Shown here: positions 21,323 to 30,972 of the stretch, piece by piece
Layout: each line of letters begins with the position of its first letter
Position numbering within the stretch: the first letter of the stretch is position 1
Source: Dehalococcoidia bacterium
Lineage (GTDB): Bacteria > Chloroflexota > Dehalococcoidia > SM23-28-2 > RBG-16-64-32
Length of the DNA: 64,000 bases
Direction: 5' to 3'
Assembly (NCBI GenBank): GCA_963665775.2
Contig: CAXXTF010000002.1
Location: 448,001 to 512,000 of the forward strand
Position numbers and translations under genes: made by a program
The notes under the pieces: model-generated
Databases searched by the model: none
What the model was told of the DNA's origin: nothing
The model's input: only the letters and a program-made list of their open reading frames with translations

Positions 21323-22867
21323 CTAGCTCGCCTCCACAGTCACTACGCCCGTGGTGCCATCCACGGTCACCGGCGCGCCATTCGGGATGCGCGCTGTGGC
21401 GTCTTTCGTCCCAACAACAGCAGGAATGCCGAATTCCCGCGCAACGATAGCACCATGGGATAGGGCGCCACCCGCATCCGTGACTATCGCGCCTGCGAGG
21501 CACAGGTACGGCGTCCACGGTGATGTAATGATCGGACAAACCAACACCTCGCCGTCGGCGAGGTGTGGAGCCTCGTTAAGGGATTTGACCACTCGAGCTA
21601 GCCCGCGATAACTTCCAGGCGATGCCGACGTGCCGTGGAGCATTATCGCTTCCCCAGCGCTCGTCTGGCCTGCACTTGTCTGACCTTCCGCTTGCCGTGA
21701 TGTCCCCAATACTCGCGGAGGAGTGGCAGCCCGGTATTCTACCTGCGCGGTACGGCGGCTAGCGACTTCTTTTCGACTGAGCGGATCTTCCCCTTCGAGA
21801 ACTTCCAGAAGTTCCCCCCGAGTGTAGTAAAAAACGTCATCAGCTGAAGCTAATTTACCGCGCTCCACGAGATGTGTTCCGATTGACAGCCAACGAGCGC
21901 GGGAGGCGGAAAATAGGCGTTGATCCACTAACAAATTGTGGTCCTCTAGATTAGGCAGGAACTGTTGTGCCATCTCCATCAGCGGAATCAGGGCTGCGGC
22001 AGCAGGATCAGAAGCCGCTCTGGCCTTTAGCTCACCCTCCAGACGCACCCGCTGCTGGACTTGCCGGTCTGCTGCATCCTGGGGGCTTAGATCGTCTTCC
22101 TGTGCCGCATAGGCCTTGATCAGCCCCATCGGGATGGACGGATCCTCACGCCACGTGGGCAGGTCCTGTTGGCCTATATTCGTGGTGTGTCCGAACGCTT
22201 CCATGACGGAGACCAAGCCATCTCGAAACTTCTGGGCGGCAGGAGAGTCGATAGGAAGATCATCGGACTGACCCACGGCCTCGAACAGCCCGCTGTCCGC
22301 CCGCAATAGGCGACTAATGTCCCACAACATGATGGCCCGGTCGAGTGACCGGTTAGGGAATCCTTGCAGGAGCGCCAAGGCGTCCGCACGGCGGTCTTCG
22401 CCGAACCGATCGATGTAGGCATCTACGAAGCGCTCAACGGCGATTCGGGCAGCGATTACAGCGGTCCGATGCACGCCGGCGAACACTCGCTGGAAGTCGG
22501 CCTCAAGCTCCGCCAGGGTTGTTGCCCATTTCCCCGAGTTGACGCTCCCCGGCTCAAGCTCCGTCAAGCGCTTGGCCAGTACCTCAACCTGAGGAAGCCA
22601 TTCATGCCGCCACTGAGTCAGGGAGGCGGCAGAGTCCGGCGCCGTGACCTCTCCAAAAGGGTGGGCGGCCTCGGAGCGGATGTAGGTATAGCCGTTGACG
22701 CGGATCGCCCGTGGCGGCGCCCGGGACTCGCCAGCTGGGCCGCCAGCGAGCGTCGGCGACGTCGCAATCAGGGGTGTCTGGGAGGCTGGCCCGTGCTCAT
22801 CCTCGTAGAGCCACGTATACTCCTCATACGTTGGGTCGGGAAGTTCGAATTGTACTTTCGCTGACAT
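21323..22867 (-). CDS. PEP-utilising enzyme mobile (phospho-His swivel) domain protein without an ATP-grasp domain
   Basis: C-terminal TDAGGALSHGAIVAREFGIPAVVG..VDGTTGVV; helical central region. Confidence 0.85.
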   Translation of the reverse strand: MSAKVQFELPDPTYEEYTWLYEDEHGPASQTPLIATSPTLAGGPAGESRAPPRAIRVNGYTYIRSEAAHPFGEVTAPDSAASLTQWRHEWLPQVEVLAKRLTELEPGSVNSGKWATTLAELEADFQRVFAGVHRTAVIAARIAVERFVDAYIDRFGEDRRADALALLQGFPNRSLDRAIMLWDISRLLRADSGLFEAVGQSDDLPIDSPAAQKFRDGLVSVMEAFGHTTNIGQQDLPTWREDPSIPMGLIKAYAAQEDDLSPQDAADRQVQQRVRLEGELKARAASDPAAAALIPLMEMAQQFLPNLEDHNLLVDQRLFSASRARWLSIGTHLVERGKLASADDVFYYTRGELLEVLEGEDPLSRKEVASRRTAQVEYRAATPPRVLGTSRQAEGQTSAGQTSAGEAIMLHGTSASPGSYRGLARVVKSLNEAPHLADGEVLVCPIITSPWTPYLCLAGAIVTDAGGALSHGAIVAREFGIPAVVGTKDATARIPNGAPVTVDGTTGVVTVEAS

Positions 22868-23183
22868 GTTGGTGGCCCTTTCTACCGCGCCTCATTGAAG
22901 CTCATTAAGGCCTCCATAACCATTCCTTTTAGGCTACAGCAGAATAGCATATCGCGCGCACCACACTCGGCATACCTGTTAACTGATAGTGTCGGGGCGT
23001 CATCGGCGATAGATGCGGCCTGAGTTAGCGTGGAGCCATGGTGCGTTCCTTGCGCTGGACGCTGGGCGGGAGTAAGCGGCACACCATCCTGAGCTGAGAT
23101 CCGCCCTGGCCTGAGCTGAGAGCCATCCTTACAACAGATCGTGCGCATGCCAGTCCGATGAGGTAGCATCTCATGTAGTTTCG

Positions 23184-24470
23184 ATGCTCGCGAGAATGTT
23201 CCCCAACGTCTACGAAGGCTGGCTGGTTGCCGCCTCGGGTGGCTTCATCATCATCCTGACGACGGCCGTATTCGTCCATGCCTTCGGTACGATCTTCAAC
23301 CCTCTGCGCGACGAGTTTGGTTGGAGCGCTACCTCCGTCAGCCTGGCGTTCTCGTTGCGTTCCGAGGCGGCCAGCATCGCCGCTCCAGCCGTCGGGGTGC
23401 TCCTGGATCGGTTCGGGCCGCGCCGCCTCCTCGTCGGCGGCCTGTTCCTCGCCTCGGGCGGAGTGTTCATGATGTCATTCATTCAACAGCTGTGGCACTT
23501 CTACCTCGCAATCATGATCATCGCTGCCGGTCACAGCGGCGCCAGCGGCGTCTCCGGTTACAAGGCCACGGCCACCTGGTTCGAGAGACGGCGCTCCCGG
23601 GCGATGGCCTTGGTCTCCGTGGGCGCGGGCCTGTCAGGCATCCTCGTGGTGGGTGCGGGCTGGATGGTGGATGAGATAGGCTGGCGGGCGGCGTTGCGCA
23701 TCTTGGCCGTCATCGCCCTCGCCGTGGCCCTGTACCCCGCACTGAACGTGCGCGAGCGTCCGGCCAACCATCGGCAGCCGGTCGACGGTATCGATCCTGC
23801 CGCAGAAGGAGGCGAAGGTGCCGGCGTGGCGTCCTCCGACTGGGGAGTGCCTGTGCGTCGGGCGCTTCGCTCGCGCTCCTTCTGGATGCTCAATCTGGGG
23901 GTGGCGCTCCTCGGCTTCGGCTCGCTAGCTCTCCTCGTACACCTGATCCCCTTCGTGGAATCGTTAGGGTACTCCAAGACCCTGGCCAGCACCACATTGG
24001 CTGTTTTCACGGTCACAACGATCCTTGGGCGGGTAGGAGCAGGAATTTTAGGTGATATCTACCAGAAGCGCATTTTGATGGCCGCCGCTGTGCTGATAAT
24101 GGCAGCCGGGCTCCCCCTGCTCGCGATCGCCGGCCAGCTCTGGCATGTCATTATCGGCCTGCTCATCATCGCCGTGGGCTTCGGCTCCACCCTGCCGTTG
24201 CGCCAGGCCATCATGGCCGACTACTTCGGCACGAGGTATTTCGGCACTCTCAACGGCTTCACTCAAGTGTCGTTCATGATCGGCGCACTCGCCGGACCGC
24301 TAATGGTGGGCAAAACGCTGGACGTCAGCGGGGAGTACACCCTGGGCTGGCTCGTCTCCGGGCTCGTTGTGAGCCTATCCGCTATCGCGATGTGGGCGGC
24401 GCGCGCTGACACCCGCCTCATCACCGAACACCGGGCGCTGGCGCTTGCGCCCAATGACCCCATCGAGTAA
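23184..24470 (+). CDS. MFS transporter (MCT/OFA-like)
   Basis: About 12 TM helices; GVLLDRFGPRR, WFERRRSRAM and ADYFGTRYFG motifs. Confidence 0.9.
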   Translation: MLARMFPNVYEGWLVAASGGFIIILTTAVFVHAFGTIFNPLRDEFGWSATSVSLAFSLRSEAASIAAPAVGVLLDRFGPRRLLVGGLFLASGGVFMMSFIQQLWHFYLAIMIIAAGHSGASGVSGYKATATWFERRRSRAMALVSVGAGLSGILVVGAGWMVDEIGWRAALRILAVIALAVALYPALNVRERPANHRQPVDGIDPAAEGGEGAGVASSDWGVPVRRALRSRSFWMLNLGVALLGFGSLALLVHLIPFVESLGYSKTLASTTLAVFTVTTILGRVGAGILGDIYQKRILMAAAVLIMAAGLPLLAIAGQLWHVIIGLLIIAVGFGSTLPLRQAIMADYFGTRYFGTLNGFTQVSFMIGALAGPLMVGKTLDVSGEYTLGWLVSGLVVSLSAIAMWAARADTRLITEHRALALAPNDPIE

Positions 24471-24706
24471 GCGCCCCGAGACCCGGGTCTGTCAATCAGC
24501 CGGAAACCAAGTTACCCGCAGTTTGGGAGCGAAGCAGAGAGAGGATCGTGGAGCGGGATCATCAGCACTCGCTAGAGGCTCTGCCAAGTTTAATATGGAG
24601 AATTTCGGTAGACTCTAGTGGGCGCCATTTTTCTTCTGGCCCCATCTCGTCCATAATAATGGCAAACGATCCTCTGGCCCACCAGGTTAAAGCGAGGAGT
24701 GCAGCG

Positions 24707-27061
24707 ATGGCTATCGAAACCAGCTCCGAGGTTGAGGCTGAGGCTAGGCAGTTCAAGGTTGTGGGCACTCGGCCTATCCGCCACGACGGCGTGGATAAGG
24801 TGACGGGGCGGGCCAAGTACGCCGCGGACATCCATCTTCCGGGCACACTCTACGGTAAGGTCTTACGCAGCCCACACGCCCACGCCCGAATCCGCTCGAT
24901 AGACACCATGAGGGCGGAGGCCCTGCCTGGTGTGAAAGCCGTGGCCACGGCCAGGGACTTCCCCATCGTGGAAGGCGGGAAGGTGGATCTGGCCCAGACC
25001 ATGGAAAACGTGCGTATGGCGGCAGAGAACGTCCTGGCCAGCAAGAAGGCGTTGTACAAGGGCCACGCCGTAGCCGCGGTGGCGGCCACGGACCCCCACA
25101 TCGCTGAGGAGGCCCTGGCGCTCATCGAAATTGACTATGAGGTGCTCCCCATCGTCCTGACGCTGTACGATGCCCTAAAGCCGGGTGCGCCTCTCCTGCA
25201 TGAGGGGATGACCACCAGGTTCCGCGTGGAGCGGTTCGGCCGGGGCGAGGACACGGGCATCATAAGCAACGCCGCAGCCCACGTCCAGTTCAAGCAGGGC
25301 GATGTGGAGGAGGGCTTCAAACAAGCCTACCTTACCGTCGAGCGGGAGTTCACAACGGAGACGGTCCACCAGGGCTACATCGAGCCCCAGGCATCTACGG
25401 CCTATTGGGCGCCTGACGGCCACGTAACTATCTGGACGAGCACTCAATCCACGTTCGGAATTCGCGCCACGACAGCGGCCATCGTGGGTATACCAGAATC
25501 CATGGTGAAGGTCATCCCAATGGAGATTGGCGGCGGCTTCGGTGCTAAACTCACTACTTACCTGGACCCTGTGGCTGCCATTCTCTCCCGGAAGAGCGGT
25601 AAAGTCGTCAAGATGGCGCTGACCAGGGAGGAGGTCTTTGAGGGCACGGGCCCCACCTCCGCCAGCCATATGCGCTGTAAGATTGGGGCCAGCAAGGACG
25701 GGCACATCACCGGCGCCCAACTCTATCTGGCCTATGAGGCGGGGGCCTTCCCCGGCTCAGCCATGGGTAGTGGTGCGTTCACAGCGTTGGCGCCTTACCT
25801 CGTGAATAACGTACTCATCGACGCCTACGATTTGGTGTGTAACAAGCAGAAGGTTCAGGCCTACCGGGCGCCCGGATCCCCGGAGGCTGCCTTCGCTGTG
25901 GAGTCGGTCGTCGATGAGCTGGCCGAGAAACTCGGCCTAGACCCATTGGGCTTCCGGCTGAGGAATGCCACCAAGCAGGGGGACCGCCTGCCCAGCGGCT
26001 TGCCCTTGCCGCGGGTCGGCCACATCGAGGTCGAGGAGGCTATGAAGGCCCACCCCCACTATAATGCCCCCCTGGAGGGCGCGCACCGTGGTCGCGGCGT
26101 GGCCGTGGGCTACTGGACAAATGGCGGCAACATGTCCTCTGCCACAATTAACGTCAACGCCGACGGCACAATAAGTCTTATCACCGGATCGGTTGACATC
26201 GGCGGCACCCGCACCGCAGTGGCAATGCAAGCCGCCGAAGTGCTGGGTCTCGCTGCCGAGGAAGTGATCCCGACTGTCGCCGACACCGATTCCGTCGGCT
26301 GGACGGGGGCCACGGGGGGCAGCCGGATCGCTTTCTCCACAGGCATCGCGGCAATCACCGCAGCAGAGGACGTCAAGAGCCAGATGCTTGCTCGGGCGGC
26401 CATCATATGGGAGGTCCAGCCTGCCGATGTGGAGTTCACGGACGATGTGTTTGTCTGCACCAGCAGCGAACATAGGATGACCTTCAAGGAGCTGGCCGCT
26501 AACCTCATGCGGACTGGTGGACCGGTGACGGCCTCAGCGACTTCCAATCCCAGGCAGGTCGGGCCCTCCTTGGCTGGAAACATCGTGGATGTGGAGGTGG
26601 ACCCTGAAACTGGCAAAGTGACGATCCTGCGGTTCACTGCCTTCCAGGAAGTTGGTAAGGCGGCCCATCCCAGCTACGTCGAGGGGCAGATGCAGGGGGG
26701 CACAGTTCAAGGCATCGGCTGGGCCCTGAACGAGGAGTTTGTTTACGATGAGGACGGTTCCGTGCTCAACGCCAGCTTCCTGGACTACCGCATGCCGACG
26801 GCTCTCGACGTGCCTATGATCGAAACGGTTATCGTTGAGACACCAAATCCGGGCCATCCCTTCGGCCTGCGCGGCGTGGGCGAGGTCTCCATCGTTCCGC
26901 CCATGGCCGCTATCGCCAACGCCACCTACCGCGCCATCGGGCAACGGATGACCCATCTGCCCATGAAACCAGGGGCCATACTTGAAGCCCTGGAGCAGAT
27001 AGCCGGTCCTAGCTCGCAGTCTGGTAGAGGAAGTGGTGATACCAGCCGACAGGCGTCTTAG
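24707..27061 (+). CDS. Xanthine dehydrogenase/CoxL-family molybdopterin-binding subunit
   Basis: KVTGRAKYAAD, RSPHAHARI, GGGFGAK, AYRAPG, GQMQGG and GVGE motifs. ATG follows GAGGAG. Confidence 0.93.
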   Translation: MAIETSSEVEAEARQFKVVGTRPIRHDGVDKVTGRAKYAADIHLPGTLYGKVLRSPHAHARIRSIDTMRAEALPGVKAVATARDFPIVEGGKVDLAQTMENVRMAAENVLASKKALYKGHAVAAVAATDPHIAEEALALIEIDYEVLPIVLTLYDALKPGAPLLHEGMTTRFRVERFGRGEDTGIISNAAAHVQFKQGDVEEGFKQAYLTVEREFTTETVHQGYIEPQASTAYWAPDGHVTIWTSTQSTFGIRATTAAIVGIPESMVKVIPMEIGGGFGAKLTTYLDPVAAILSRKSGKVVKMALTREEVFEGTGPTSASHMRCKIGASKDGHITGAQLYLAYEAGAFPGSAMGSGAFTALAPYLVNNVLIDAYDLVCNKQKVQAYRAPGSPEAAFAVESVVDELAEKLGLDPLGFRLRNATKQGDRLPSGLPLPRVGHIEVEEAMKAHPHYNAPLEGAHRGRGVAVGYWTNGGNMSSATINVNADGTISLITGSVDIGGTRTAVAMQAAEVLGLAAEEVIPTVADTDSVGWTGATGGSRIAFSTGIAAITAAEDVKSQMLARAAIIWEVQPADVEFTDDVFVCTSSEHRMTFKELAANLMRTGGPVTASATSNPRQVGPSLAGNIVDVEVDPETGKVTILRFTAFQEVGKAAHPSYVEGQMQGGTVQGIGWALNEEFVYDEDGSVLNASFLDYRMPTALDVPMIETVIVETPNPGHPFGLRGVGEVSIVPPMAAIANATYRAIGQRMTHLPMKPGAILEALEQIAGPSSQSGRGSGDTSRQAS

Positions 27062-27391
27062 GAGGCCCGCCCACAGGCCGCTTCAGCAGATGCCGAATCT
27101 CCCTCTGAAGCGCATCATTAGCGGGAAGCCGTGCGGCATAGCCCACGTGCCACCGATCTCGGTTCGGCGAGACGGGCGGCGTTAAGCTTAGTGAGCGCGT
27201 AGCGAACACCCTCTTAGCTCCCTGCAAGATGGATGAGAGCTAGAGCCTGCCATCGAGGAGAGCGTCCCCACGCGTCGATATTGGACTCACGGGAGAATCC
27301 CAAGAAACGTTACCGATGAGCAGGCCTGACTATTCTGGGACACAGGACTATACTAGATGTGTTGTCGGTTCGAACATTCACCGCGCACATC

Positions 27392-27784
27392 ATGGAAGAG
27401 AACTCCTTAAGGTCAGAACTGGAAAACCAGCAGACCCACAGCTGGCATCTGCCTGATGAGATGCGCATCCGCATTCTGGCTGGGGACGAAGAGGCAGTCC
27501 CCTGGTTCCAGGCTCATTTGATGAAGTGCGCTGTCTGCCGAGACCCAATCATGCGGTTGGCGCTTGAGATCCAGGGAACAGCCGAGCCGGATGCGATGGC
27601 TCAGGCTCAATGCGTTCAGACTCGGGCAGCCTTGATTCGTTACTTGGAGACGGGAGTTGAACCCGACATGGCGGCCCGGCACCATCTTGCCCTGTGCCCT
27701 ATCTGTTCCGAACCGTTCGTGGATGCGGCTAAACAGAGAGCACTGCTCGAGTTCGATCCGGACGATACGGGAGAAGCTGGCTAG
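27392..27784 (+). CDS. Small protein with two HxxxCxxC (ZAS-like) zinc motifs
   Basis: HLMKCAVC and HLALCPIC. Start is uncertain (27359 or 27392). Confidence 0.65.
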   Translation: MEENSLRSELENQQTHSWHLPDEMRIRILAGDEEAVPWFQAHLMKCAVCRDPIMRLALEIQGTAEPDAMAQAQCVQTRAALIRYLETGVEPDMAARHHLALCPICSEPFVDAAKQRALLEFDPDDTGEAG

Positions 27785-28066
27785 GCAGCTCTCTCAGCTG
27801 GGAGTCTGGATGTCCTCAACTGCTTATCGAGGAGACGTTGATCTGGTCTTGCGGTGGCAGGGATCAGTTGCCGCCAAGTATTTGCTCACATGGGCTCTAT
27901 TAACCCTTCGGCAATGGCATCGCCAGGACCGTGCTTTTGCCCTTACATCTCCAACCCTAAGATTGGAGCTGGTCAGTTTCTCGCCCTTCAGCATGCGACG
28001 GTAGGGTCGAGTCCTGAGATCTGACACAACCTACATCTCTTATCACACGTAACGAGGGGGACTCAT

Positions 28067-28729
28067 ATGGGATTCACCGTTGTGACGATAGAAAGGCAGA
28101 CAGGAGCCGGGGCGGAGAAGGTGGCTGCTCTTGTAGCTGCAGGCTTGCAATATCAGCTTCTGGATGCGGAGATCGTGCGCCGTGCTGCCGCTGCCGCCGG
28201 AGTTTCCACCGAAACGATAGAGCATTCTGAGCACGTCCCGAGTTTCTTTGAGCGGATTCTATCGGGCCTGGCCTTGGCTGGCTTTCCCGATACGCCTACC
28301 GATCCAGCCCAGTTGGCAATGCCCACGCTCTCAAATCGCCAATACAGGGAACTCACCGAACAGGTGCTGCGCGGGTTGGCGACCCGCGGGCGAGCCGTCA
28401 TTCTGGGACATTCCGGTCAGATGGCACTTCAGCAAGTTCCAGAGGTCCTAAAAGTGCTCGTCTATGCTCCGTTGGAGTTCCGAGTGTCCAATTTCGCTCT
28501 GGAGGCACAAGTGGGGCCCGAGGAAGCGCTCGAGAAGATCGAGAGCGCAGATCGAGATCGGGAACAGTTCTTCGACAGTCATCATAACGTAAGATGGCTT
28601 GACCTCCAGCTGTACGATCTAGCCATAAACACTAGCACCTTCTCCTATGAGGAAGCCGCTAAGGTCATAATCGACGCGGCCGGCAGGCAGGAGGAGGAAA
28701 CCCCATCGAGGTCCGCCCGCAGTTCGTAG
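28067..28729 (+). CDS. Cytidylate kinase-like family protein
   Basis: VVTIERQTGAGA, VILGHSG and YDLAINTS motifs. Confidence 0.85.
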   Translation: MGFTVVTIERQTGAGAEKVAALVAAGLQYQLLDAEIVRRAAAAAGVSTETIEHSEHVPSFFERILSGLALAGFPDTPTDPAQLAMPTLSNRQYRELTEQVLRGLATRGRAVILGHSGQMALQQVPEVLKVLVYAPLEFRVSNFALEAQVGPEEALEKIESADRDREQFFDSHHNVRWLDLQLYDLAINTSTFSYEEAAKVIIDAAGRQEEETPSRSARSS

Positions 28730-29038
28730 AGATTGAGGGCCGGTCTCCACTATGGGGTGTTCTCCTAAGCGACCTTCGGAGCGCCCGTTACCAGTCCCTA
28801 ACTAATACCTGTCGGCATTAGCCTCGGTCGATACGACTGGCGGTCGGCATCTCATCGGTGTACGCGAGTTCGCCGGATAGGTTCACGGTCTCACGGCCAC
28901 CATTGACGAGCGCGTCTTGGTCGCCTTCTCGACAGCGATGGCACACGTGCCACCCTTCGCTGCGGCATTTGAGAGTATAGGGCATATAGCAGAGGAGCTT
29001 GGGTCTCCACCATCGCTCGCGGTCCCACACGCCGGACA

Positions 29039-30328
29039 CTAGTCGAGCTTCCGTATCCGCGGCATGAAGATGAGCATCGATATGGCCACGAAGATAAGGA
29101 CTATAGCGAAGCTGCCGACTGCCCACTGGACGCCTACTCCCTCCGATAGCAGGGCCGCCAGGAACACGGCAAAGCTAGAGAGCCCAAATTCCATCATGTA
29201 GACGCTCATCACCCGACCCCTGTAGGCATCCGCTACATAGTACTGGATCAGGGCACTGGACAGGGTCAGCCGACCGGCTTGGCCCAGGCCAACAAAGAAG
29301 ATGAAGACAAGGGAGAGCGCCATCGTGCCGGAGAAGGAGAACCCTGTCAGCGCAAGGCCCAGGACGACGGCGCTCGCGATGAGCATCAAGCCTCGGTTCC
29401 TATTAGGTAGCGAGGCCAGGACAATGGAGCCGGCAATCGCGCCAACGCCGGAGACGCTCACCAGGATGCCCAAACCACCGGCACCGACTTCCAGGATATC
29501 CTCGGTAAAGACGGGCAGCAGCATCAGATACGGCATGGAGAACAGGACTATGAGAAGGTTAATGACGAGGAGCTGGAAGATGGTAGTCTCCTGGCGAATA
29601 TAGCCTAACCCGGCCCGTATGTCCGCCAGCGCGCCGCGGCCCCGAACAGCGGCAGATTCTGTGAGGGGCATGCGTGATATGAACACCACGGCCACGATAT
29701 ACATACCGGTCATGGCGAAGTAGACGGCCTGGAACCCGTATACAGCAATGAGGAAGCCTGCGATGGCGGGCGCCGATAGCCGTAGGCTGTTCATGCCGAG
29801 GGCGTTAAGGGCTGTGGCGTTCATGAGTTGCTCCTGGCCCACGATCTCGCGGATCATAGCCTGTCGCGACGGCATCATGAAGCCCATAATGATGCCCTGT
29901 ACTACGGAAGCGGCAAGCAAGATCAGCCAGGAGCCGGGCCGGTCGAAGCTGATGACATTGAGGGCGAGGGCGAGGCCGATGAAGAGAGAAACCAGGGCCG
30001 AGCTGGCCTGCCCAGCAATGAGGACATACTTCTTCCGCAGCCGATCGGCTATGACACCACCGAAGAGCGACAACAGTAGCATCGGCACCGAACTTGACAG
30101 GGCGATGATCCCCAGCGTCAACGGCGATTCCGTTAAACGGAAGACAAGAAGTGAGCGAGCTATCATCTGCATGTTCAGGGCGCCCATCTGCCCCACCATG
30201 GCCGCAAAATAGAGGCGGTAGACGCGGTTTTCGAAGGAGCTGAAGGTGCGAAGCTTGCGCACGGAGAAACCGCCTGGGCCCGGCACGACGTCGCCCACTG
30301 GGTCAAGCTCTTCTGATTCGCCCCTCAT
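29039..30328 (-). CDS. MFS transporter (DHA3/EntS-like)
   Basis: GGVIADRL, PSRQAMI and YRGRVMS motifs; about 12 TM helices. Confidence 0.9.
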   Translation of the reverse strand: MRGESEELDPVGDVVPGPGGFSVRKLRTFSSFENRVYRLYFAAMVGQMGALNMQMIARSLLVFRLTESPLTLGIIALSSSVPMLLLSLFGGVIADRLRKKYVLIAGQASSALVSLFIGLALALNVISFDRPGSWLILLAASVVQGIIMGFMMPSRQAMIREIVGQEQLMNATALNALGMNSLRLSAPAIAGFLIAVYGFQAVYFAMTGMYIVAVVFISRMPLTESAAVRGRGALADIRAGLGYIRQETTIFQLLVINLLIVLFSMPYLMLLPVFTEDILEVGAGGLGILVSVSGVGAIAGSIVLASLPNRNRGLMLIASAVVLGLALTGFSFSGTMALSLVFIFFVGLGQAGRLTLSSALIQYYVADAYRGRVMSVYMMEFGLSSFAVFLAALLSEGVGVQWAVGSFAIVLIFVAISMLIFMPRIRKLD

Positions 30329-30352
30329 CGGTCTCTCAACCCGCGGCTCGCT

Positions 30353-30418
30353 TTGTCGTCACTCAATTTGGACTGAGCCTTCCCCTTGTCGTCACTCAAT
30401 TTGGACTGAGCCTTCCCC
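30353..30418. repeat. Perfect 33-bp tandem duplication
   Basis: TTGTCGTCACTCAATTTGGACTGAGCCTTCCCC occurs twice head to tail. Confidence 0.9.
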
Positions 30419-30972
30419 CTCGTCGAGCGATGCTCGCCGGGCTCGAAGGCCACCTGTTCTCGCCATCCCACGAGCCACCGGCACTGCCGACAATACACTA
30501 CTTCACGATGAACCTGGCTAACATAATCGATCGTTCTAAGTCTATAACCCGAAGGAGGAAGAGGCGACAGGCCGTAACGAATGGCGCTAGGTGAGGTGCC
30601 GAGGGACATTAAGACTTCATCGTGTGGTCGGCGAACCTAGTCTGAGCCGGCATCGTTGCCATCCCGGGATCATCAACCTCCCCCACCCTTATCTAATCGG
30701 GGTTGGTGACCGGCCCAACCCTGACGAAAGCGGTCACCGCCGTTTATCGGTGCCCACTGGCCCCTGGGCAGGCGTTCTACCACACCGACCGCGCAAGCCA
30801 AGATGCCCCGGGGGCTGATCCCGCGCTAAGCGGCCTAACAGATATGTTCGGCGGGGCCGTTTAGCTCCCTCTAGATACGCCCGGGCGGGGACATCTCGCG
30901 GCAGTCCGCATCCGCCATGGCCTGCCACGCGTATTCTTGATAGCGGGGTAATAGCCTTACGTCAAGGCAGAA

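Noticed and set aside
23088-23121. CCTGAGCTGAGA repeated twice upstream of the MFS gene
   Set aside because: Only two 12-bp copies and no TPP riboswitch core. Too weak to call.
30705-30740. CTGACGA..GAAA resembling a hammerhead ribozyme core
   Set aside because: The two motifs overlap with no stem II between them. It is just a GGTGACCG/CGGTCACC hairpin.
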